Notes: generated by a model from the letters alone, not told the origin. A DNA stretch of 61,329 nucleotides, filler included, from Hausera hauseri (GCA_046269625.1; 12 parts of 12 records of this genome joined end to end with filler, not necessarily neighbours in it); one strand, 5' to 3'. Counted from the first letter of the whole stretch, positions 12,416 to 23,600 are shown. Made by a program: numbers and translations.

Positions 12416-12471
12416 AAAAATGGCTTAAAGAAAGGACGAAAGGGGGTCCGTCCTTTCTTTAAGCCATTTTT
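12416..12471 (+). other. 3' hairpin 2: perfect 23-bp stem, 10-nt loop
   Basis: AAAAATGGCTTAAAGAAAGGACG / CGTCCTTTCTTTAAGCCATTTTT, preceded by a smaller CCCTCAC...GTGAGGG stem. Confidence 0.9.
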
Positions 12472-13127
12472 TTTGGGTAGCGTGACGGACCAACGTTGGA
12501 AGTTCCCATTAGAAATCGACTCGATTTTGTTTATTTTTTAATTTGGATGAAATAGATTTCTTAGTCATCAATTGTACTGTCCAGCTTAAGATACACTGAT
12601 TTTTTTCAAAGCTGTCTGAAAAAAATTGATTTTCCATTGTTGTACGTTGTTTAAGTTCTCAATTTCAAATCACATATGAGAAGCAGAACAGATTTGACTT
12701 TCAGTTTCCGAGCACAGAGCCAATATTTCTTCTTAAAAAATCTGTGATGTGGAGTTGTACATAACTCAACAACTGGTTTCATGATAGTTTGAGATGGCTC
12801 TAACAAATGCCCACATTGATCTAATGACTGGATTAAATCAACACCTGAGGGTATCGGTCATCAATTGTACTGTCCAGCCGTGGTTCATCTTCTATGCTGA
12901 GTTGGCAAAGATTTAAGATACACTGATTTTTTTCAAAGCTGTGAGAAACAGAACAGATTTGACTTTCAGTTTCGGAGGAGGGATTTCTTCTCTTTGGGCC
13001 TTTTTTTTTGTGTCTCACGCAGACCCAACGTTGGAAACGTCCTTTGACACACTGCTCTCGGATCCGATCCCCCCCAAAAAAAAATGTTTTTTTTTTACCC
13101 AACGTTGGAAAGAAACATAAAATCCAC

Positions 13128-13193
13128 CGCGCACTCCCGTCTGCGCAGCGCTTCCTCTATAAAGAGCGGACCCACACAGCCAGCGAGATCATT
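13128..13193 (+). promoter_or_regulatory. Core promoter of array gene 3
   Basis: CGCGCA...TGCGCA, TATAAAGA at 13158-13165, TCATT at 13189. Confidence 0.65.
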
Positions 13194-13205
13194 TTCTCTC
13201 TCGCC

Positions 13206-13511
13206 ATGTCCCAGTCAACACCTCCTCCTCCATCCGACGCAGAGATGACGACCGACGCGGAGATGACGACCCCGCCGGGTCCCCGCCCGGTCCCTTCCCC
13301 ACCCCTCCCTCGGCTTCGGATCCCCGAGCGCCACGTCCCGAGGAGGAGCGGCGTGAGGCGGCGGCTGTTCGAGTCCCCGCCGACCTACCAGCCCCCGCCG
13401 GCCTACGAGCCCCCGGACCTCCCAACCCTGTTCGAGAGCCGAGATCTCGAAGAGATCGTGCTCGTCACCCGGGCGGGGGAGAGAATCGTCTATCGCCGAG
13501 TGCGAGAGTAA
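13206..13511 (+). CDS. Array gene 3: 101-aa protein MSQSTPPPP...VRRRLFESPPTYQPPPAY...IVLVTRAGERIVYRRVRE
   Basis: Paralog of gene 2. The net length difference is a multiple of three (DAEMTT duplicated, PPxY duplicated). Confidence 0.75.
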   Translation: MSQSTPPPPSDAEMTTDAEMTTPPGPRPVPSPPLPRLRIPERHVPRRSGVRRRLFESPPTYQPPPAYEPPDLPTLFESRDLEEIVLVTRAGERIVYRRVRE

Positions 13512-13551
13512 GTCACCCTCACCCTAATCGATCCGTAGCGACGTGAGGGGG

Positions 13552-13609
13552 AAAAATGGCTCAAAGAAAGGACCGAGGGGGGTCGCGGTCCTTTCTTTGA
13601 GCCATTTTT
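13552..13609 (+). other. 3' hairpin 3: perfect 24-bp stem, 10-nt loop
   Basis: AAAAATGGCTCAAAGAAAGGACCG / CGGTCCTTTCTTTGAGCCATTTTT. Confidence 0.9.
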
Positions 13610-13886
13610 TTTGGGGAGCGCGACGGACCAACGTTGGAAGTAAGTCCCCATTCGAAATCGACAGGATTTTGTTTATTTTTTAATTTGGATATTGATAAAA
13701 AAAAAATATTAATAGAAATATTAATAAAAATATTATAATAATAATAATAAAAATATCATCTTTGGCACCTCACTGCAAAGTTTAGANNNNNNNNNNNNNN
13801 NNNNNNNNNNNNNNNNNNNNNNNNNNNNNNTTAATTAATTAANNNNNNNNNNNNNNNNNNNNNNNNNNNNNNNNNNNNNNNNNNNN

Positions 13887-14365
13887 ACGGAACCGTCATT
13901 GTATAAATAAAATCCGCTGTGTCTCACTTCTTCTTTGTATTATGAAGTAATTTATTACTACTACTATTACTATTACACTTAATTCACATTTAGCTGAATC
14001 CGAGCTAAATCACTACGGATAACTGCCCTTGAGTGCGAAATTTCGTGGCGTGTTTCCACTGCATGGTGTGCCGCGTGATTTACGATAAACTGGCGGTGGT
14101 GGCTTTATTGTCAATACACACACTTCATCGTTGTCTGGCGAACATTGGATTGCTGTGTACGTCCACCATCCGATCAGCGTCGTCAGAGTATTCGATCCGC
14201 TCGGATTTTACTACCCGTCATCGTTAGTTTCTCAAAATGAAAGACAATCGCCATCGTCATATCGTGTTGAATACAATTGATTTCATTATCAACATCCACT
14301 GACCGTATTATGTAGACATTATTGCTTACCGTGGCTAAAGTTACAGACACTTGGACGAAAAATAA
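13887..14365 (+). pseudogene. Maverick/Polinton hexon 3' tip plus adenain (C5 cysteine protease) pseudogene
   Basis: Frame from 13981: KFRGVF...FIVNTHTSSLSGEHWIAVY...FDPLGF...YQHPLTVLCRHYCL with three stops. Same family as 47510-47863. The contig starts with the GTVIV* hexon end also seen at 47925. Confidence 0.88.
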
Positions 14366-16169
14366 TTGTACTTTGTGTTTATTTTGAGAGAAATACAGTA
14401 TTTTGTTACACATGTGTTATTAATGCCATCACTTCGCCGTCCCTTTGCTACACGCATGCACACACACGCTTTACGTCACAATTCATTATTTCGTTTTGCA
14501 TGCAGGCATGTCTGGCGCGTAAAGCACACTTGTTTCACGTCATGTCTCACCACTGCACGTGTCAACTCCTCGTATCCCGGCTTTGTCTTCTGCGACACGC
14601 AAAACTGACCGCACCACTGAACTCGCCGTTGTCGATTTGATCACAAACCGTTCTTTTACCGGCGTTAACATCAATGGATCCATTGAAATTCATCTGAGTT
14701 TCCATTGGCGCCACCTTTTCCTCTCTTTGACCGACTTTCCCACTTTTCACCCCATGTTTCCCACATCATTAGAACGCCTGTACTCTACTCTACACTTTCT
14801 CCTATCCATCCCTGCTCTAATTTTGCTACTGGAAAAAGTTCGTTTTTTGCATTTCCCGATATTGTCTTTTGCGACACAGGAAACTCAACCGCACCACTGA
14901 ACACGCCGTTGTCGCATTGTCCAATCAGCATGCGAGCCGCTTGTGATTGGTCAATTTGTGCGTGGGTGGACCCCCCTTTTTTCTAGAACTCTCTTTTTCC
15001 ATAATTCGCCAACATCGATTTACCCTTTGTACACATTTTCTCAGTGCTAGGAACATGTTTCGCGTTACACGTAGGCATTTCCTGTTTTGCTTCTTCCTCT
15101 TTTAGCGCTTCTCCCTTACATTTATGTAAGCCGCACCGCTATTACCTTTTGCTCAGCTCGTCGAGCTCTACCGATGTGCATCGGTCCGATGTCCAAAACT
15201 TGTTCCCATGGGGGAGGATCATGAGAAAATTTTCTAAATGCTCCAAATAGCCAATCAGGCGGGGAAAAGTGGTCAAGAAGTGCGGTGAAGCACTCACTTT
15301 CCCCTACTTACCTGTACATGATCAATCCTGTACATCACCCTTCTCTTTTTCTTTTTCTTCGATAATACTGATTTTAATTTGGTTATCGCCACATTCACTG
15401 TGTTGACAATCTTCGCAGCAGTCCTGGAACAATTCAGTATCTTCAATCTTATTGGCTGCATCCAATTGGATACATGTATATTCTGCAACATCTTCTTCAA
15501 AGTACGCATCATCCCGTTTGCTCATATCAGTCATTGGTTTATTGTCCATTATGTAGGTCATATTCTATATTTAGCAATTGTTTATACACCAAATTTTAAT
15601 GCACTTTTGTTTTAAATCATCAATTAAATACATGGCGGCACCAAATTTAAGGTTTTCGACAATGGGGTATCGAATGACGTCATTAATTTTTCTAATGATT
15701 CATGCTTGACCGAGTTTTCGAGTTCGAATAGATAATTAATCGATTTTGAATAATGTATTCGAATATCTAACACCAAATTTAGATTCGACATACATGACTT
15801 CCTATCCATCCCAACTTATAGATTTATTGATTTCCGATTCATTGGGCTTTAAATGCACATTTTGCTTAATTCGAAATGTTCATTTTGTATCTATATAGTA
15901 CATTTTCATGAAATAATTTTTATGCATAAGGGGGTTTTCGAACATGAGGAATCGACTGCCGCTGTTAGATTTTTCGAATAGTTCGATATTCGATATTCGA
16001 GCTCGAAAATTTACGAATTTTGAATGTCTGACTCGAGATTCGAAATCGCCATATTTGACTTCTTATCTGTACCCGATAATTATTATATCGAATTTTGCTC
16101 TCTTAGGACCTAAATAACCTATGCGGGTTCTCCCTCAGTTGCATTTTGGATCGATATTATTCGAAATCT

Positions 16170-16490
16170 AATCGATAAATTTAAATTCTAACTACACATT
16201 CATATACTGCACCATGTTTGTGTTCAAATGCACCCGGTCACATGTCCTAATCATCAATATCGGATATATCGGAAATCCAATATTATTGATTTTTGCACAC
16301 TTGCACATGTGGTACGCACCTGCACAGTACATATAAAGGTGCATCTCGATGTGCTCTATCTATATGCACTTAGTCCTAATCGATTTTATCAATCCTACGC
16401 TGCATAGTGACAAATATGTGAAAAGTGACAAAGTACCTTAGTAGCCGTATCCAAGAGCACACCTGACTCGAGTATTGCACTGAACGATTA
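16170..16490. repeat. Repeat family shared with 31746-32345
   Basis: Shared ATATTATTGATTTTTGCACACTTGCACATGTG and CCAAGAGCACACCTGACTCGAGTATTGCA. Confidence 0.85.
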
Positions 16491-17260
16491 TTAGTATTGA
16501 TTAAACTTTATAATAAACTGTTTGGTCGTTGGACAAATCTATGTTGATTTAAAATGTCTAAACTGTCAAATAAATTTTCTTTGTGAGAATAGACCCAACA
16601 CCTTGTTTTGATATTTCTAGATTAATAAAAAATCACTTACTCTTCTGGTAGTCTAACGAATAAGCCAAATGCATAAATAATGTTGTTGTAGGATCGAGTT
16701 ATTATACTTGTCAATGTGTTGAATGATATCACGCCTGGCCTTCATTCTAATTGGTCCAATTTGGCTAGGACGCGTGAATTTCAGCTATATAAACTCACTA
16801 TAATTGTAGTTAAATTGAACAATTTTTCTCCGGACTTCGGCGAGAGATCTAAAGCAAGCACAGCTCTTTTATGAAAAAGGCTAGTAGTGAACTTTAAAAT
16901 AGCACCACAGGGCTAGTTTTACACACAACCTGACGGGCTAGTAAAATAATTTGGATTTCATTATCATTTGGAGTAGTAATATTATTGGATTGATCGTTGG
17001 TAAATTTTGCTTTGTTATATTGATTTGTTTTTCAGCTTGTATATTATTCGGTTTAAGGAATAAATCTTTATTGTGTCGTTGAATTTTATTTTAGTAATAC
17101 AGTTTCTCCCCTCAGATTTCAAAAGCTTAATGACAAAATTTCTAATTTCTTTTATTGAGTATTGTACATTTTGTATCAGAGAATACATTTCGTTCTTAGT
17201 TTACCCATAAAAGGATACCAGTTGTTGAAATTAGTTCAATTTTACACTGTATTATCTAAT

Positions 17261-17293
<33 letters not shown>

Positions 17294-17520
17294 GGGGCCT
17301 CGCAATGAAATTTGCAATCGGGCCTTGCGCTACCTAGATCTGGTCTTGTTTCTTGCCAACCCAATAGTATTAAAAAGCACATTCAAATAAAGGAAGTTTG
17401 GAAATTAAGTTAGAAAAAGAACATTAAAATTTGTACATTTCAGAATACAGGAATCAAAATAATTTGGTACAAAAAGCACATTAGAATTAATGCATTTCGG
17501 ATAAACAGTGAAACTTTCAA

Positions 17521-17631
17521 TGGTCCGTAGAAAACAAATAGTTCATGAAAATATAAAATGGACCATAGAAATCAAATAGTTCATGAAAATATAAAATGAT
17601 CCGTAGAAAACGAATAGTTCATGAAAATATA
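17521..17631. repeat. 38-bp minisatellite, ~3 copies
   Basis: TGGTCCGTAGAAAACAAATAGTTCATGAAAATATAAAA at 17521, 17559 and 17597. Confidence 0.9.
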
Positions 17632-18519
17632 TTTTGGTACATGATTTCATTCAAACTTGTGATGTGTGTAGTGAATAGACAAAACAATCGGTTCTATAAT
17701 CGAACTGTTTCCGTGTGTTAAAAGAGGCCGTTCCACGCGACTGTACCACCGCTAAAAAGTCTTAGATGTTCAATATCAACAAGAGAAAACGGCTGAAATT
17801 TGCTTCTTACCACACAGATTAGGAAATCAAGAAGAGAAACCGTGTTATTCCAAACTTTCTCTGGTAGTCGTCAAATACATGTACGTATTAGTCCGATTGA
17901 AAATTTCAGACAAGAATGCATTGCTTTCACCACCAAACATGTTGGAAATTCACTGATAGAGAGAAGGTGCATGCGAGTACTTGGTTAAGTCTTCTACACC
18001 GTTGTTGCTTGATTTACTTCTGTCATTTTTTTCGAAGTAAAAGGTACACCTGCTTCTCAGTAGAAAAATGATCTGTGTCCCAAAACTCGAAAAGCAATAA
18101 ACTTCCTCCAACGTCAAGGTGTAAAAGTGTTTGACTAACATCCGCAGAGCCTGGGTGTGAGTTATATATAGTAACTGACCATGTAATCGCTTGCACTGAA
18201 TACACTTGTCCATATGAATCACGCTAGGTCATTGACAGTTTATGCACTGCACCATTCAGTTTGGGAACTTGTTCTCATGTGTTGTGTACAAAGTAGGCAT
18301 GGTCTGTTTCGTTCACTCTGTCTGTTGGCGAGAAAACAGCAGACATAATTTTTTCTGAGGCACTTTCAGGTTGGTGCAAATGATTTTATATTATCCTGTT
18401 TCAACAGTTCTTTACTACNNNNNNNNNNNNNNNNNNNNNNNNNNNNNNNNNNNNNNNNNNNNTTAATTAATTAANNNNNNNNNNNNNNNNNNNNNNNNNN
18501 NNNNNNNNNNNNNNNNNNT

Positions 18520-20487
18520 TCAAATAACTCAGTCGAAACGGTAGTACTCAACCCTAAACGAAGGGTTGTACTACCACAGAAAGATATGGAATATAAAATA
18601 TCTGAAATACCGTTCACTTTTCAAAACCCAACCTCTGGATACACTTTACAACGAGGAATTTTGGCATTCCCTTTAACTAATCAAACTATCAGCTCAAAGG
18701 AACGAATTAAATCCGTTATAGAAATCAGACGTAAAAGTTTTGATATGGATGACTTACCAGAGAAAAAACGGACTAAATTGCAAAATCAAATTCTCACAAA
18801 TTTAGAAGAAGATAATAAATATAGAATTAAACATCGATCCTGGAATGAAATGAGCGAAAGAAATTTAATTCAAATTTATGATCCAAGAAGGAATCAATAT
18901 CCGTCAAAGTTTTATTCCAATATGATTGAATTAATGGAAGACTCTAATGATCTCCTTTATCCAGAAAGTAGATATATAGAAAATAAGTTAAAAACTTCTA
19001 CAACCAATGATCGATCATTCAGATTAATCAAGATAGATAAATCTTTGTACAATGTTAGTATGACGGATCTTCTTCAATTCGATCAGGATACCGAGAAAAT
19101 TCTACTACATTTAGCAAAAGGCAAAATACAAATACGTGCTGAGAAAGAAATTTTCCTGGAAAATGCAGCACTAACTGCTAAAAATACCATGAAAATTAAG
19201 TTGGAGGCTCTCCGAACAAAATTTTATTTCCGAGTGTTACTAACCCCAGTATTACTCGGAACAGAAGTATGTAAGATGATGGATCCAAATATGGGTTTCA
19301 AGAAACCCATCTTTTATAAAAAACCAGAAAATAATGTCTCTAACTATAAATTAACAACCATTTCAAATTATCGGTCCCTCGCAGTTACTTTAGCCTATGC
19401 ACCAAATGGCGACCCACTACCAATTGAAGTCATAGCTGCTGATGAGAAGCAACTAATTATTTATCAAGCTTATCTTTCCGCGGAGAAAAATAGGAAATAC
19501 TAACGAGCATATACACGGCCTCTCACAACACATCATTCATGAAGCTCCAGACGAAGACGAAGTCCGAAAAGAATTGATTAAATATTTATATGGCTATATA
19601 ATTATAAGTGCTAACACCAGCACTATCCTTCAGGCTCTCCGTATTCCTAAATCCTTTGTATTTGGTATATTAGACCTATTGGCAACTACGAATACCAAGC
19701 AGAGATTTGCAGAAGAAAAATTAAAGATAAACTTAACGCAACTGCCAACGGTTTATAATTTGTCGTATGAATTCTCTAAAGTAGCCGAACAAATAATCCA
19801 CACTCTGTTCGAAATATATAACAAAATTGATCAATCGTGTTCTAATGAACAATGGAATTTCGACTGGAACCCGCCACTAAATAACTTGATAGATTCCGGT
19901 AGTCTTATGCAAATCTCATCTATCACCTGAGATACAACTACGAAAATATTCAGGTTAACACACCATCTCCAATACAACAAATGAAGGAAAATACTGCCAC
20001 GATACTGACAACATTTCAACAAAATCAAACTAATGATTTCGCTAATTTGTCTATCTTACTATATGGAAGACGAAGTCAGTCCATTAATGTCCAATATACC
20101 ATGAAACCACAATCATCGATTACAAAAAATCGATTAATCATACCAAGCAGTAACTTTGGAAAAGTTTCCGGATTTATCTACAAACATGTAATACACCACA
20201 CATTATATTTGGCACTCATTGGAGCAAATGCAGAAAAAATCAAGGAGTTAGATCACGACACTATCCTTACTACCCAACCAATTCCAGTTCAGTTGGACGA
20301 CGATCCCATTCCTAAACCAAGGAAAAATCGACCCCTTGTTCTCAAGAACGCAAGTAAAACAAAAATACGTATGATCCTATTTGCCAAACAAGACAAATAT
20401 ATCCTTGAGAATCTGTATAGAATGTCAGTTTCAGTCCAATCAGATGAAGAAGCACTCCAGTCAGCCGACATATTGATCCAGATCTAA
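18520..20487 (+). pseudogene. Unassigned intronless ~655-codon frame with two frameshifts (candidate endogenous viral element)
   Basis: Open from the contig edge. ORFs 18586-19503, 19574-19930 and 19981-20487 join through shifts near 19490 and 19900 with no other stops. A-rich coding strand; no family recognised. Confidence 0.5.
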
Positions 20488-22329
20488 GAAAAATTGTAAC
20501 TTTGAACTATATAACTTTAATCGTGATAGCTTGCTTTATTTCTTTATGGCTACTTTTGTTTTTGTACGTTTACTTCATGATTCCTTTCATTGTATTGTAT
20601 TCAGCATTTTTATGTTTTTCTTTTATCTTACTCAGTATTTTTATGTACAAATAAAAAGGTGTCATGATAACATGAAATTTTCTACAGGAAAATTTTGCTA
20701 AAGGGAGGGGAGATGCTGTATAATGTAAAGTTAAGATGTTGTTGCGAAGTAGAATTATCAAAGTTAAGAAATCTACAGAACAAAAGATAGAAATTAAGAA
20801 AAAAATAGAAATTCAAGAACGATGAAATTTTATGACATCAAACTTGTTAAAACTCATAAGCCAGTATCACTATGTAACTACCTAAGACTAAATAATGCAG
20901 AAAACCATTTTCAATTGTAGCATTGAGTTTAAACATAATAAAAAACGCGTTTTAATCTAAACAATCAACTAAAACTAGTACGCTACAAAAAGCGTTACAA
21001 CTTAATCTAACAAATATTAGTAAAAAACAACCGTGTAGCAAAAGTATATTTAATATCTAACTACAAAGCAAATACGAATTAACATTTAAAAACAGTAATC
21101 TGGGGCTTTAAGTTCGATGGCGGTTCGGAACCCGAGGGTTACCTGCACCCATTCTTCCTCATGCATAAATCGAATTAAATTATATTTGTTTCTTTGTTCG
21201 CTGCTTATTGTACAATCCATCTGATATCCTTGTCATCATTATAGTGATAAACTATTGTTACCTTACATCAAACTTCAAGATAATGATCCTTATCCAAACT
21301 CAAATAATTATAAACGCATAACTTCTAAGTGTTACATAAACGATCAGTTTCTAAATGTTTTAACGAAAATGTGTCAATGCTACGTATTTTTATCCATTAA
21401 TACCACGTAATCTTTATTAATTAATCAGCAAAATATATACAACCATCTAATTTTATTTGAAATATTAAAAAGAATTAAAATGACAATTCTCAATATTGAG
21501 AATGCAAAAATTTCTAAGGTCCAGATTGAAATATGATTTGCTTAAACAAATTGATACAATTTCAACATAGAGTAACAATAATGCATGTGCCTTGAATCAC
21601 TCCCAATGGACTTTTTTTCTTGGCTAATATTTTCACGTTTTTTTAAAGTGTGAAAAGATATTTGCTTGTATAGTGTGGGGTTTGGTGTACAAGTACTAAA
21701 AGTGCAATTTCAAAAATGGCCACAATGTATTTATGGTGATCAGTAATCACTAATACAGGGCAATAGTTAATAAATAAAATCGAGCTTTACCTATATTTAT
21801 TTAATTCAAAAATTTATAGATGTCATAAGTATCATATGCTAGAATTTGTGAAAATTGTTCAAAATTTCATTTATAAAATTCGACCATGGTTTGGTTATTT
21901 GTGATAACCATGTGTAAAGTTTGTCATTTATAATATATAGACGAAGATTTTTGAATTTTTATATTTTGAACAACAATTACAACTCCGTTACTATGGAGTA
22001 ACAAACTGAAGTGTACTTTTGATAAAAATGTTTGGTACTTATGCAGTATCGCACCATATTGGAACATGCACACATTTTCCTTAGAGACGATGCTGTTGAA
22101 TCCAATAGAATAATGCACATATAGGTTAAAGGTCGATTAAAATCTTTATAATTTTTGGTTCCACAACGGGGGTGGGGCGCGATATTGCACAAGTTTCTCA
22201 CATTTAGTTTAACTTTTAAATAGAACTTACAAGGGAACTATCATTGTAGTAATCAATTTCCAACCTCAAAAATTATCATGTAAGTAGATAGATGTGAGGA
22301 CACCAAGCCAACTCCCCCCAGGGAAGGAA

Positions 22330-22620
22330 AGTAATCAATCAGAGGAGGACACGTCATCGGAGTAGGAAAACTGACCAATCAGAAGAGGACACGTAATCGA
22401 GGGGTAAAGGAAACTGACCAATTAGAGAGCAGTATTCAGTAGACCCAATAACATCTGGCCTCATTGGGTTTCAGAATTCCCAGCCCCTAAAACAAAGTCT
22501 ACCCCTCCCAATTGACCCCCTCGAAATAAAAATTGACCCCCGCGGTATAATAATCGACCCCCTCGGGATAAAATGAACCCCCCTCAAGCGTACCCATTTC
22601 CCAATTTCTGGTATATATAC
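22330..22620 (+). promoter_or_regulatory. Repeat-built enhancer/promoter
   Basis: About 2.5 copies of a 40-43 bp CAATCAG..GGACACGT unit, four 21-bp AATTGACCCCC units at 22510-22586, and TATATATA at 22612-22619. Confidence 0.55.
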
Positions 22621-22646
22621 CCATGTTAAAATGTCTATTATGAAAA

Positions 22647-22786
22647 ATGAATGTACAAGACCAATTAGTACAATTGCAACATTTTGACGAATTATCATTT
22701 GCTCAGTTGTTAACATGGTGGAAAGCAATTAAGAACGACTTGGTTAAAGAAGCAAGAGATTTTGGATTTCCAAAAGATTTGGCAAT
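22647..22786 (+). CDS. 5' part of an unknown ORF (MNVQDQLVQLQHFDELSF...), truncated by the contig end
   Basis: ATG 28 bp after the TATA box, open to the spacer. Confidence 0.3.
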
Positions 22787-22899
22787 NNNNNNNNNNNNNN
22801 NNNNNNNNNNNNNNNNNNNNNNNNNNNNNNTTAATTAATTAANNNNNNNNNNNNNNNNNNNNNNNNNNNNNNNNNNNNNNNNNNNNCTTTTATTATGCA

Positions 22900-23385
22900 T
22901 TATATTAGCGTATTGGAGGCAATTTTTACAACGTCGTTAATTGTTCTAATTTTAGTCTTTTTATTGGTCTTTTTCGAACGTCTCTCAAAGGTAGATGATA
23001 TTGTGGTATCAGTATTAGGTTCAGAAGTAGCATTTGACTTGCCAGTATTAGGTCATGTTGCTATAGAGCTTGGTGGTGCTATTTTTATTGGTCTTTTTCG
23101 AGGGTCTCTCATACATAGGGACTGAACAGAAGATGTTGTGGCATCAGCATTAGGTTCGGTAGCGGTATTGGACTTAGTACTAGGTCCTGTTTTTGTAGTA
23201 CTTGCTGATGGTTCTAATGGTGCTGAGGTTTGTTTTTCATCTGTCATTGTACTAATAGTAGCAGCAGTACTTGTAGTAGTGGTATTCGTTACTTGATCAA
23301 AAGCGGCTCGAATTTCTTTTTGTAAAGCAATTAACTGTTTGAATTCTTCACGACTTAGAGATACCAGCCTTCGTAGGGTATTTTA
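22900..23385 (-). pseudogene. PC4/Sub1-like C-terminal fragment followed by a Thr/Ser-rich duplicated tail
   Basis: KYPTKAGIS / LSREEFKQLIALQKEIRAAFDQV across a small deletion. Resembles the PxKKGISLxxEQWxxLxxxxxxIxxA end of the PC4 domain. Confidence 0.5.
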
Positions 23386-23600
23386 TGTAGCTGAAGCAGT
23401 CACTAGTTTCATGGCCCCCAGCGTCTTCACTAGAGCATCCTCACCAGTTATGAACAAGAAGTCGTCGATCTTGATAAATATTTTTTTCGGTGTGTCAGAA
23501 AAACCAAACAAGTTTCTTATATACCGTTATAACCTGTTGAAGCCGGTTTTTATCACGTCATAGTTATTTATAAAACAAATTAAAATTTGTTTTTATGTGG

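Noticed and set aside
11849-13609. Hairpins as bacterial intrinsic terminators or histone stem-loops
   Set aside because: The genes have TATA/Inr/Kozak signals and no Shine-Dalgarno. The stems are far longer than the 6-bp histone stem and lack its loop.
14560-15290. SCAN/gag-like ORF on the minus strand
   Set aside because: Only a weak LENFLMILP resemblance amid several stops. A ~50-bp direct repeat (14587-14635 and 14865-14914) is real but uninformative.
16681-17135. Solo LTR (TG...CA with TATA and AATAAA)
   Set aside because: No target-site duplication or second copy in the window.
19020-19220. Faint resemblance of the orphan ORF to orthomyxovirus PB2
   Set aside because: Only a few scattered residues match by eye; not supportable without a profile search.
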